Translations under genes and position numbers: made by a program
Part shown: one piece after another, positions 8,484 to 16,681 of the stretch
Layout: every line of letters begins with the position of its first letter
Numbering within the stretch: position 1 is the stretch's first letter
Source of the DNA: Kiritimatiellia bacterium
GTDB taxonomy: Bacteria; Verrucomicrobiota; Kiritimatiellia; RFP12; UBA1067
Length of the DNA: 64,000 nucleotides
Assembly: GCA_051884805.1 (NCBI GenBank)
Contig: JBJEWA010000135.1
Coordinates: forward strand, 7,464-71,463
Direction of reading: 5' to 3'
Notes under the pieces: model-generated
What the model saw: only the letters and a program-made list of their open reading frames with translations
The model's database searches: none
What the model was told of the DNA's origin: nothing

Positions 8484-10513
8484 TCTCCTTGTGCGCGCGC
8501 GATCTCTTCGCGGCAGATCCGGCGGAAGGCTTCGAGCTTTTCACGGGAATAGACGCGCCCGACCGTGCCGGCGCCGATGACGCGCGCGCCGTCGCCGGGG
8601 GCGGTGGAAACGACGTAGGCATAACCCGCCAGCGCCGCCGCGCGGGCCGCGCGCGCCGCCGGCGTCTCGACGGGCGGCACTTCGAAGACGTCGTACGCCT
8701 GGCCGTGATCGACGCTCCAGGCGCGCACGAAGGCCGCCAAGAGCGCATCGGCCGGATTGCGCACGGCGCCCTCGCCCGTATCGCACGCGAGCGCGCGCAC
8801 CGTGTAGGGCCGCACGACCGCGAGGCGCGCGCGCCCCGCAACCGCCGACGGCGCGGCGCGGAAGGCGCGGTGCAATTCGGCCGCCTTTTCCCAGCTCGCC
8901 GGATTGCCGTCGGGGAACGTATAGGCGCAATGCGCGCGTTCGCCGCGCCCGTAGCCGAGATATATGATCGCCGCCGGCGCGAAGGCGGCGTGCTGGCGCC
9001 ACATCCGTTCGAGCTGTCCGGACGTCACGTGCCCGAGCCCGCAGGGACTGTAGGCATGCGCCTGCACCCACGGCACGAGCGGTTTGCCGTAGCGGCGCGC
9101 CAGCCCCGCAAGATACCCCATGTCGAACGGAATCGTCTCGGCGTTGTAGCCGTTGCGCACGGGATAAGGATCGCCGTGGATGAAATCGAAGACCCCCGCG
9201 AGCAGTTCCTGCCCCGACCCGTCGTGGTCGTTGCAGTAGCTCCACACCTCGCCGCGCGTCGTGTTGCGGAACACTTTCACGCCGGGCGCAATCTCCCGCG
9301 CCGCCGCCACCGCCGCCGCCGACAGCTCCGCCGCCGCACGGTGGTAATTGTAGAGAAAGAGGCCGTAAGCCTCCGCCCCGTACACTTCGGGATAACCCCA
9401 TGTACGCGGCATTTCGACCCCCGCCGGCGCCAGACCCGCGAACGCCGCGCGCGCGTCGGCGCTGTAGTCGAAGAGCGGATAGCTTGCCGCCGGCGAATCG
9501 AGCCAGCCGGTGACATTGAAGCATTCGTCGCCGAAACGCAGCGCGACGAATACGTCGGACGGGAAGGTGCCGCCGTTCGCGTCGCGCCAGCGGCGCAGCC
9601 GGAACGAGACGGTATGGACGGCCTCTGCACGCGTCGCGGGCGCAAAAACGCTCATCTGCCCGCGCCCATTGCGCCAGGCCGCGCTCGCGGGATCGCTCGA
9701 CCAGTAGACCGCAATCCCCACTTGGTCGAGACGCGCACCGGCATACGGCGTCAAATCGAAGCGCAACCGCACGAGCCGCCGGCGAGCCACCTCCGCGCTC
9801 GCGCACATCGCTCCGGTCGCGGTATCATTCTCGAGCGCCTGCCCGGGCGCTGGCGGTTCGATCGCGACGGGAATGATCTCCAGATGCTGCGCACCGTCGT
9901 ACAGTTTGAGCGGGACGATCACTTCCGCACGCACGGGACGGGATTGGCTGAAATAATGGCCGTGGCGCGTCACGCGCACGGTGCCGTTCGAATCGGCCGT
10001 GCGCCGCGTATAGGGTTGGCCGGACGCATAGACGGGCGGTTCGACGAGAATATCCTGCGGCTCGGGAGAAAAGGCATAGAGCGTGCGGTCGATGGCCCGG
10101 CCGCGGAAGCAGCCGCCGACGTATTCGGCGCAGGCGTACGGCTTGCCGCGCAGCGCCGGGCGCGATGAGCACGACGGCTCGTCCGTAAAACCGTACGCCT
10201 TGAGTCCGTGCGCCCGGCAAAGCGCCAGCGCCTGACGGCAGACCGCCTCGTTCCAGACGGGCACTTCCACCACCTCGATGCCGTGGGACGCCATGTCGGC
10301 GAACTGGGCTTCGAGATTGCCGCCCCAATTGAAACTCGTCCAGATCTTCGGCCATGCCCCCGCCTCGGCCGCCGGCGCGGCATCCGACGATGCGGCATCC
10401 GACGATGCGGCCAACGCCGGAATCGCGGCGTACCAAGCCGCCGCGATCGCGCATGCACACGCGAAGTGACAATCCGCGACCCGCCGGCACAGAGTATTGC
10501 GCCCAATTGACAT
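8441..10513 (-). CDS. 690-aa exported protein of unknown function (possible TIM-barrel glycosidase-like)
   Basis: Long ORF with strong G/C third-position bias. Start set at MSIGRN because a -10 box lies 8 nt upstream. I recognised no confident family motif. Confidence 0.6.
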   Translation of the reverse strand: MSIGRNTLCRRVADCHFACACAIAAAWYAAIPALAASSDAASSDAAPAAEAGAWPKIWTSFNWGGNLEAQFADMASHGIEVVEVPVWNEAVCRQALALCRAHGLKAYGFTDEPSCSSRPALRGKPYACAEYVGGCFRGRAIDRTLYAFSPEPQDILVEPPVYASGQPYTRRTADSNGTVRVTRHGHYFSQSRPVRAEVIVPLKLYDGAQHLEIIPVAIEPPAPGQALENDTATGAMCASAEVARRRLVRLRFDLTPYAGARLDQVGIAVYWSSDPASAAWRNGRGQMSVFAPATRAEAVHTVSFRLRRWRDANGGTFPSDVFVALRFGDECFNVTGWLDSPAASYPLFDYSADARAAFAGLAPAGVEMPRTWGYPEVYGAEAYGLFLYNYHRAAAELSAAAVAAAREIAPGVKVFRNTTRGEVWSYCNDHDGSGQELLAGVFDFIHGDPYPVRNGYNAETIPFDMGYLAGLARRYGKPLVPWVQAHAYSPCGLGHVTSGQLERMWRQHAAFAPAAIIYLGYGRGERAHCAYTFPDGNPASWEKAAELHRAFRAAPSAVAGRARLAVVRPYTVRALACDTGEGAVRNPADALLAAFVRAWSVDHGQAYDVFEVPPVETPAARAARAAALAGYAYVVSTAPGDGARVIGAGTVGRVYSREKLEAFRRICREEIARAQGECPCPDAILFSSVP

Positions 10514-10521
10514 TGTGTGAG

Positions 10522-10530
10522 AGTATAGCA
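10522..10530 (-). promoter_or_regulatory. extended -10 box TGcTATACT, 8 nt upstream of ATG 10513 (leaderless candidate)
   Basis: The minus strand reads TGCTATACT-ctcacaca-ATG. Confidence 0.4.
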
Positions 10531-10696
10531 CAGCGGTGCGCAAACGAAAATGTTTTTATGCGAATTCACACATCCTCAATTCCGCCGGAGGCTGCCAAAC
10601 CCTCGAATCGCTCGGCCGCCGACGACCAAGGTTTCACCGTCACAGAAAAGGCGCCCGGTTTCCCGCCCGCCGATAACCAAGAACTACGGGGAGGGG

Positions 10697-10730
10697 AAAA
10701 AAAAAAATAAACTCGGAAACCTCCGAGTTT
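10697..10730 (-). terminator. rho-independent terminator of the tRNA unit
   Basis: The minus strand has a 9-bp stem AAACTCGGA / TCCGAGTTT with a 4-nt loop, followed by A-T11 (read on the minus strand as ATTTTTTTTTTT). Confidence 0.7.
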
Positions 10731-10740
10731 GATTCTGCAA

Positions 10741-10814
10741 TGGTTGACCCGCAGGGATTCGAACCCCAACAAGCAGAATCAGAATCTGCTGTGCTACCGT
10801 TACACCACGGGTCA
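10741..10814 (-). tRNA. tRNA-Gln (anticodon CTG), CCA encoded
   Basis: Hand-folded cloverleaf: acceptor TGACCCG/CGGGTCA, anticodon stem GCAGA/TCTGC with loop TTCTGAT, T-loop TTCGAAT, 3' ACCA. Confidence 0.8.
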
Positions 10815-10835
10815 ATCCCGTAATCCCTTTCAGAT

Positions 10836-10912
10836 TGGCGGGGTCGACGGGGCTCGAACCCGCAACCCCCGGATCGACAGTCCAGTGCGCTAACCAATTG
10901 CGCCACAACCCC
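10836..10912 (-). tRNA. tRNA-Asp (anticodon GTC), CCA encoded
   Basis: Hand-folded cloverleaf: acceptor GGGGTTG/CGACCCC, D-stem GCGC/GCGC, anticodon stem CTGGA/TCCGG with loop CTGTCGA, T-arm GCGGG-TTCGAGC-CCCGT, 3' GCCA. Confidence 0.88.
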
Positions 10913-10933
10913 GTTGCTCCGAAAAGTGAATGT

Positions 10934-10942
10934 AGTATATCA
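10934..10942 (-). promoter_or_regulatory. extended -10 box TGaTATACT upstream of tRNA-Asp
   Basis: The minus strand reads TTGCGG-N18-(TGa)TATACT, 21 nt before the tRNA 5' end. Confidence 0.45.
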
Positions 10943-11015
10943 TATTCTCCGCCGAGTCCGCAAGGGGGTATTTCATGTATGCGACAGGCGGGTTTTCAGC
11001 GGGCAAGGCTGCGCA

Positions 11016-11720
11016 TCAGGGGAGCTCCCGGATGCGGATGTTGCGCCAGCGGACGTCGCTGCCGTGCCCGCACCAGTGGATGCGCCCCGATTGGTTGTGC
11101 AGGCCCGGACGCTTGACGCCGTCCTCCCGGCCGTCCGTCGAATACTGCGAGACGTCGTCGTCCACGACGGTCGCGCCGTTCAGGACAACCGTGATCCGCG
11201 ACCCGTCCGCCGTCACTTCGACGTCGTTCCATTCGCCGGGCGGATTCAGGTAGCTCCGCCCGTTGGTGCGAAGCGCCGGTCCGACGACGCCGTAGATGGC
11301 GCCCGTGTAATGGACGTTCGTCAGCTTCTTCGCCCCGTTGTAGGCGTCGCCGTAGTCGTCCAGCAGCTGAATCTCCATGCCTTCGCGCGAACACCAACCG
11401 CCCGGCGCCGTCCGAAGCCCCAGCCCGTTGTTCGCATTCCGGGGCAGGACGACCGAGAACCGGATGACGAAGTTGGTGTAGTCGCGCACCGTCCAGAGGT
11501 TGCGCAACGCCATTGAACCTTCGCCGCTCGCCGCCATAACGGCCAGTTCGCCCTGCGCCGTCACGCAGTAGTTGTTCGTGCCGCCCTCCCAGCCCGCGAG
11601 GTCGCGTCCGTTGAAAAGCGGGACAAAGCCGTCCTCGGCATCCGTCGTCAGGCACTGGCAGCCGTTCAGCGCCGCCAGGCAGGCCGACGCCGCAATCATC
11701 ATGACCGTCATCTTGTGCAT
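11016..11720 (-). CDS. DUF1080 (3-keto-disaccharide hydrolase-like) lipoprotein
   Basis: Lipobox ...AALNGC, then FVPLFNGRDLAGWEG... and the C-terminal HWCGHGSDVRWRNIRIRELP typical of DUF1080. A GAGGAAAG SD precedes MHKM. Confidence 0.85.
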   Translation of the reverse strand: MHKMTVMMIAASACLAALNGCQCLTTDAEDGFVPLFNGRDLAGWEGGTNNYCVTAQGELAVMAASGEGSMALRNLWTVRDYTNFVIRFSVVLPRNANNGLGLRTAPGGWCSREGMEIQLLDDYGDAYNGAKKLTNVHYTGAIYGVVGPALRTNGRSYLNPPGEWNDVEVTADGSRITVVLNGATVVDDDVSQYSTDGREDGVKRPGLHNQSGRIHWCGHGSDVRWRNIRIRELP

Positions 11721-12886
11721 AGCTTCTTTCCTCGTTGGGGTTGAGCTGGCAAATCCGGGGGCGCGTTCTGATGGCACGCGGCGGCAAACGTCTCGCCGAC
11801 CACATAGCGCGGCGCCAGCACGATGCGGTCGCCGCCCTTTTTCCGTCCCCGGACCAGAATGTCCTCGACGAGGTCGGCAACCTTCTCCCCCTCCGCAGCG
11901 GCATCAAACGAAAACCGCGTCAACGGCAGGTGGAAGACCGGTCCCAGCCCCACGTTCTCCCACGCGACGACCTTGACGTCGTCCGGAATCCGCACCCCGT
12001 GGTGCATCAAGGCCATCAGCGCGGCGTCCGCGACATGGTCGTCGGTGAAGTAAAGGAGATCCGGCAGCCAGCCGCGGCCCCTCGCCAGCCGCTGCTCGAA
12101 CAAGGCGTTGGCCCGGCGCTTCACCGTCCCGACGACGCCTCGCTCCGGATCGTGCGGATCGACGGCCCATTCCACCACGGCGATCCCGGCCTCGCGCAAG
12201 GCCTGCGACATCGACGCAAACCGTCGGCTGCGCCCGCAGAACACGGTGATGACGCGCCGGACGCCAGCCTGGACGCAGTGGCGGACAAAGACGTCCGTCA
12301 GCGCCCGGTCGTCAAAGCGGACCTCCCAGTCTCCCTTGCCCGAGAACGTCGCCTCCGTGCAGATCTCGACCGTCGGAATCCGGTGCCGACACAGCCGTTC
12401 GACGGCCTCGGCGGGCGGCGTGGCCATGACGGCCAGGTCGTAGTCCTGACGGAGCGCGCTCATGAGCTGCGCCAGCCCCGCGCCGTCCCGCGACTGCCAG
12501 GCCGGAACCGGGAAGAACTGGTAGCCGATGCCGAACAGGCGCGCGCGCAGGATGTCGCCGAGGACGTTGTAGACGTAGTTCTCGCTGCGTCCGCTCGTCA
12601 CGTAAAGCACCCGGCCCTTCCAGCGCGTCGCGCCCCGCGCCGAGACGACGTTGCCAAAGCCCCGCCGGGGGATGAGCAGCCCCTCCTCCCCCAGCCGCCG
12701 CAGGGCGATCTTCGTGATGATTTCGCTCACGCCCAGCGTCGCCGCCAGCGGACGGATCCCCGGAACGGCGTCGCCCGGACGGTACAGGCCCGCATCGATC
12801 GCCCGGCGCAAGCCGTCCTCGACTTGCTCCGTCAGGCTCCTGCCGTCGTTGCGGTCAATGCGAAACGGGATGTGACGGCGACTCAT
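11708..12886 (-). CDS. GntR-type wHTH + LacI/PBP1-like sugar-binding-domain transcriptional regulator
   Basis: The N-terminal RSLTEQVEDGLRRAIDAGLYRPGDAVPGIRPLAATLGVSEIITKIALRRLGEEGLL is a GntR HTH. It has an ATGA overlap with the upstream gene. Confidence 0.8.
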   Translation of the reverse strand: MSRRHIPFRIDRNDGRSLTEQVEDGLRRAIDAGLYRPGDAVPGIRPLAATLGVSEIITKIALRRLGEEGLLIPRRGFGNVVSARGATRWKGRVLYVTSGRSENYVYNVLGDILRARLFGIGYQFFPVPAWQSRDGAGLAQLMSALRQDYDLAVMATPPAEAVERLCRHRIPTVEICTEATFSGKGDWEVRFDDRALTDVFVRHCVQAGVRRVITVFCGRSRRFASMSQALREAGIAVVEWAVDPHDPERGVVGTVKRRANALFEQRLARGRGWLPDLLYFTDDHVADAALMALMHHGVRIPDDVKVVAWENVGLGPVFHLPLTRFSFDAAAEGEKVADLVEDILVRGRKKGGDRIVLAPRYVVGETFAAACHQNAPPDLPAQPQRGKKLCTR

Positions 12887-14682
12887 CGCAGCAAGACCGG
12901 AACGATGCGGTCGCGGCCGAGCCTGACCGACTTGCGGACGCAAGCCGTGCCGACGCGCGCCTCGATCTCGACCGTCAGGGGGCGGTCGGAATATTCGCTG
13001 ACGAACGCCAGCGAACCCCGGGGCGAATCGATGCGCTTGACGACGGCGTTCCCCGACCGGCAGCGGATCTCCCCGCCCGGACGCGCCGTGGCGATGATGT
13101 CCTCGTAGGGCGCGAGCAGGTTGATCGCCTCGGCCATCGCCTGCATGTCCTTCGCGTCGAACGGGCACTCGCCCCAGAAGCCAAAGCCCTTGCCGCCGGC
13201 GGAAACGGTCTCCAGGATGTTCCACTTGAGCATCTCGGCGTTCAGGTCGCAGTCGAAGGCCCGCTGGAACGGATAGCCGGCGCAGAGGATCGGCGCGACC
13301 GGAATCTCCCCGCCCACGATGCGGTCGAGGACGTAGGTGTCGCGCCACGGCAGGAGCATGTCGTAGGGGTTGTAGTTGGCATAGACGTCCACGTAGACCA
13401 TGGGCGCAAGGATGTCGAAGACGCCCTTGAAATAGACCGGGTCTTCGAGCGTGCCGCGATAGGAGTGGGACTGCCGGTAGTCGCGGTGGCCGGAAAAGCC
13501 GGCAAAGGACCGGTGATAGGCGTTGTAGATCATGAAGCGGAAGCGCCGTCCGTCGCCCTTCGCGCGCAAGTGGCCCTCCATGGCCTCGCGATACTCGCGG
13601 AAGAAATCGGCGTAGCGTCTGGCCGCGAAGTCGAAGCGGTCGCCGGACGGATGCGCCTGGCAATAGCGGGCGAACTCCGCCTTGCAGCGTTCGCAGTAGC
13701 AGATGGCCTCGCCGTTTTCGACGCCCGGCAGCAGGGTCTCCCCGTACATCTCCGGATCGACCGTATGGAAGCAGAGCCCCCGGTCGAGCAACGCCTTCCC
13801 CTGCTCGATCCACCGGCGGAAGTGCTCGCCGCGATAGGAGAGGCACAGGGCGGCGCGCGTCTTCTGCCCGTTCCTGAGCGTCGCCGCGCCCTCCTCGCTC
13901 TCACGCCCCCTGGTCCACCACCATTCGCGCACCCAGGCGATCGGATCAAGCCCGGGAATCTCCCGGCACTTGGCGATCGTCGCGTCGATCAGCGGCCACC
14001 CCCAGTCGTCCCCGGGCTCCACGTAGGTCCACATGTCGAGCAGGTTGAAGCCGCAGCGCTTCAGGCCGGCCAGGTCCGGATAGGTCGCGAAGAAATCGCT
14101 GGGCATCGAGAAGTAGGCCGGCAGGCGGCGGAACCCCTTCGCCTCGGGAACGCGCACGACCTCGACCGGCAGCGTCTTCGCCTCCTGCCGCTGCGCTCCG
14201 CCGTCCCACTCGCCCCAGTAGCGGACGGAGAACCGGGCGCCTTCGGGCATCGGCTTGCGGAGCCTCCAGTAGAACGTGTACTTGTCGGCGCGCGGCCCGG
14301 GAACGAAATGATAGACGTTGCCCTTGCGCTTCATCGTGAAATCCCTGAAGCCGCCGCAGAATTCGACGGACTCCGGCACTTCCACGAACAGCTGCGGACC
14401 CTTCGAGGCGTTGATCGGCTTGAAGTGGACGGTCGAGACCACGTCCGGGGACACGTAGGCCGTCTGCTCGATGTTGGACGTGAAGGCGAACCCCGACTTC
14501 TTGCGCGGCAAATACAGCAGCTTCTGGCTCGTCGTCAGCGCCGGGCGCGTCATGACGGCCCCCGGAGGGATCTCCGGGTTCCAGGCCACCGGGAAGGACA
14601 GCATGTCCTCCGGCGTCACCGCCGGGGCGACGCCGCACCACAGCGCCGCCGCCACCGCCGCCAGCCGCGCGCCTCCGGGCAT
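12883..14682 (-). CDS. 599-aa secreted protein of unknown function (glycosidase-like; contains CYCERCKAEF motif); ends ...IVPVLLR
   Basis: Start MPGGARLAAVAAALWCG (signal peptide). TGATG overlap with the upstream gene and strong coding bias. Confidence 0.65.
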   Translation of the reverse strand: MPGGARLAAVAAALWCGVAPAVTPEDMLSFPVAWNPEIPPGAVMTRPALTTSQKLLYLPRKKSGFAFTSNIEQTAYVSPDVVSTVHFKPINASKGPQLFVEVPESVEFCGGFRDFTMKRKGNVYHFVPGPRADKYTFYWRLRKPMPEGARFSVRYWGEWDGGAQRQEAKTLPVEVVRVPEAKGFRRLPAYFSMPSDFFATYPDLAGLKRCGFNLLDMWTYVEPGDDWGWPLIDATIAKCREIPGLDPIAWVREWWWTRGRESEEGAATLRNGQKTRAALCLSYRGEHFRRWIEQGKALLDRGLCFHTVDPEMYGETLLPGVENGEAICYCERCKAEFARYCQAHPSGDRFDFAARRYADFFREYREAMEGHLRAKGDGRRFRFMIYNAYHRSFAGFSGHRDYRQSHSYRGTLEDPVYFKGVFDILAPMVYVDVYANYNPYDMLLPWRDTYVLDRIVGGEIPVAPILCAGYPFQRAFDCDLNAEMLKWNILETVSAGGKGFGFWGECPFDAKDMQAMAEAINLLAPYEDIIATARPGGEIRCRSGNAVVKRIDSPRGSLAFVSEYSDRPLTVEIEARVGTACVRKSVRLGRDRIVPVLLR

Positions 14683-15311
14683 CACCTGACCTCCCGCACG
14701 TTCGTCACCTTCGGCGCCGCGCCCTCGAACTCGACCTCGATCAGCAGCTTGCCGCGGCCGGCGGGAGCGGAGACGGCGGCCGGCGCGTCCGCCGCGCCCT
14801 CCGGCACGCCTTCGTAGATCCGGAGGTTGTCGACGAACACCGTCGCGTTGCAGCGGAACATCGCCAGCATCGTCTGCCCCCGGTTCGCGCCGGCGGGACA
14901 GGTGAACGTCGCCCGGGCCTGATGCCACCGGCCGTCGCAGGGCACCAGGTCGCGAATGGGCCGCGAGAAGGTGCCGACGGTGGCGTTGCCGGCGCCCTTG
15001 AAGTTCACCGCGAAGGTGATGCGGGGGATCGGCGCCTTGTCGGCCTTGACGTCGAAGACGGCCGTGTAGGTCTTGCCCGGCTGGTAGGCCTGCCAGACGT
15101 AGGCGCAGAAGTTGTTGTCCGGCGTGAAGACAATCGAGGTCTTCCCCTCGGTCTTCTCCTCGTCGTCCAGCTCGATCGTGCAGTCGCCCGGCCAGGCCTG
15201 GATCTCCTTCTCGCTCTCGAACGGAATGACCTTCAGCAGCCGGGCTTCGCCGACCGCGACACCCGCCGTCATCAGGACGCCGACGGCAACAATCTTCTTC
15301 GTCAGAAACAT
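14682..15311 (-). CDS. secreted beta-sandwich / carbohydrate-binding-module-like protein
   Basis: Start MFLTKKIVAVGVLMTAGVAVGEA (signal peptide). About 200 aa with a strand-rich pattern. The family call is weak. Confidence 0.5.
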   Translation of the reverse strand: MFLTKKIVAVGVLMTAGVAVGEARLLKVIPFESEKEIQAWPGDCTIELDDEEKTEGKTSIVFTPDNNFCAYVWQAYQPGKTYTAVFDVKADKAPIPRITFAVNFKGAGNATVGTFSRPIRDLVPCDGRWHQARATFTCPAGANRGQTMLAMFRCNATVFVDNLRIYEGVPEGAADAPAAVSAPAGRGKLLIEVEFEGAAPKVTNVREVR

Positions 15312-15313
15312 CG

Positions 15314-16672
15314 TCACTCTCCTTTCAGGGTCAGGCACATCCGGAAGCCGCGACCGCAGGCCCCGGCGGTGCCATACGTCGCCGTGGCCGCGCTCCGCAG
15401 CCCGTAGCGGAGGTCAGTCGTGTCCCAAGCCCCGCCGCGGATGACCTTCGAGTTGATATTGGAGCCGTCCATGCCCCGCGGATCGACCTCCGGCGTCTCC
15501 TGCGTATTCTCCGGATAGCTCGTGTAGAAGTCAAGGCACCACTCCCCGACGTTCCCGATCATGTCGTAAAGCCCCCAGGCGTTCGGCGCGTAGCTGCCCA
15601 CCCGCGACGTCCCCTGCTCCGTCGTCGTCACCGCCGCACCGGCCGTCACGCCGTCGCCGGCCCCGCTGTTCATGTAATACCGGGCGATCGATTCGAGCGA
15701 CGGATCCGCCGCGACAAACGAATAGGCGATGCCGTCGAGCGCAACGCTCTCCGGCGCAATCTCGGCTCCGCAGGGCAACGCCGTTCCCGCGCCGGCCCGG
15801 CAGGCGAACTCCCATTGGGCCGAGGTCGGCAAGTCGAGGTAAAGGCCCAGGCCGCACAGCGCGCGCAGCTTGTAGACGAAGGTCGTCTCCGTCGTGACTG
15901 CATGCCCCGAAGCCTCGTCTTCGCCCGGCCAGTTGTTGTCGCGGATGCCCTTGTTGTACGCGCCGGACTCGATGAAATAGACCTTGTCGACCGGACGCGT
16001 CCCCCAGACCGACTCGTCCCCGCCCGTAAACTGCGAATGGTTCAGATTCGACCCGTAGACCAGCGCCCACTGCTTTTGGGTGCACTCGAAGACGCCGAGG
16101 TAGTAGTTGCACGTCAGCTTCACCCAATGCCGCCGTTCGTAGCCGCCCGACGTATTCCGCCCGACCTCGCCGTCAGGCGAGCCGCGCTGCCAGAGCACGT
16201 CCTTCGCCGGAATCTTCCGGAAGAGCATCTCCGTCGTCCGCCAGCGATCGGATCCGATCGGCTCGGGCAGGGCCGCCACCGACGGATAATAGCGGACCGT
16301 GTTCGAATTCTGCAGATCGACGGCCATGTAGTCCGGACCGTTGTTCGTCGGCCAGGCCGACACGGACACCCGGAGATCCGCAATCCGGAACTTCCGCTCG
16401 GCCAGGGACTTGCGCAGTTCCCAGACCACCGCATGCGTCCCCGCCGGCGTCAGCCGGTTGCCGCCGTCGGTCAGCGCGGCCATCGCCTCGCCCGTCAGCG
16501 GCTCGCCGGCGAGGGAGCCGGCCAGCGTCACGATCGCCGGCGCGTCGAGCGTGTAGCCGACCGTCAGGGCGCAGGCCTCGGCGTCATAAGCCAGCGTCAC
16601 GTCTGAAACCGTCGCCGCTGCGACCGGCAGGACGGAACCCAGGGCGGCAAGAACAACGATTGCAACCTTCAT
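15314..16672 (-). CDS. FGE/SUMF1 (formylglycine-generating-enzyme) domain protein with N-terminal Ig-like domain
   Basis: YYLGVFECTQKQWALVYG..., YAPNAWGLYDMIGNVGEWCLD, VIRGGAW...GFRMC match the FGE-sulfatase domain signature. Signal peptide present. Confidence 0.85.
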   Translation of the reverse strand: MKVAIVVLAALGSVLPVAAATVSDVTLAYDAEACALTVGYTLDAPAIVTLAGSLAGEPLTGEAMAALTDGGNRLTPAGTHAVVWELRKSLAERKFRIADLRVSVSAWPTNNGPDYMAVDLQNSNTVRYYPSVAALPEPIGSDRWRTTEMLFRKIPAKDVLWQRGSPDGEVGRNTSGGYERRHWVKLTCNYYLGVFECTQKQWALVYGSNLNHSQFTGGDESVWGTRPVDKVYFIESGAYNKGIRDNNWPGEDEASGHAVTTETTFVYKLRALCGLGLYLDLPTSAQWEFACRAGAGTALPCGAEIAPESVALDGIAYSFVAADPSLESIARYYMNSGAGDGVTAGAAVTTTEQGTSRVGSYAPNAWGLYDMIGNVGEWCLDFYTSYPENTQETPEVDPRGMDGSNINSKVIRGGAWDTTDLRYGLRSAATATYGTAGACGRGFRMCLTLKGE

Positions 16673-16681
16673 GCTACCTCC

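Noticed and set aside
10377-10410. A 15-bp tandem duplication (gcggcatccgacgat x2) as a regulatory repeat.
   Set aside because: It is in frame inside the signal-proximal linker of the 690-aa protein (SSDAASSDAA). It is most simply a replication-slippage duplication in a low-complexity linker.
10697-10707. An A11 homopolymer as a phase-variation (slipped-strand) tract.
   Set aside because: It is intergenic and forms the U-tract of a clear terminator hairpin on the minus strand.
10836-10912. tRNA-Asp/tRNA-Gln as an integration hot-spot for a mobile element.
   Set aside because: There is no duplicated tRNA 3' end, no integrase or excisionase, and the adjacent genes have native composition.
11708-13846. 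N-terminal run-on extensions of ORF-track calls (2220..3674, 11708..13846, 12883..14928, 24809..27427, 47896..49137, 48870..50645, 49532..51013, 52058..53074, 53601..54443, 58157..59161, 60671..63781).
   Set aside because: The extensions are low-complexity and overlap the preceding gene. Internal start codons coincide with signal peptides, SD sequences or ATGA/TGATG junctions, so the genes were trimmed to those starts.
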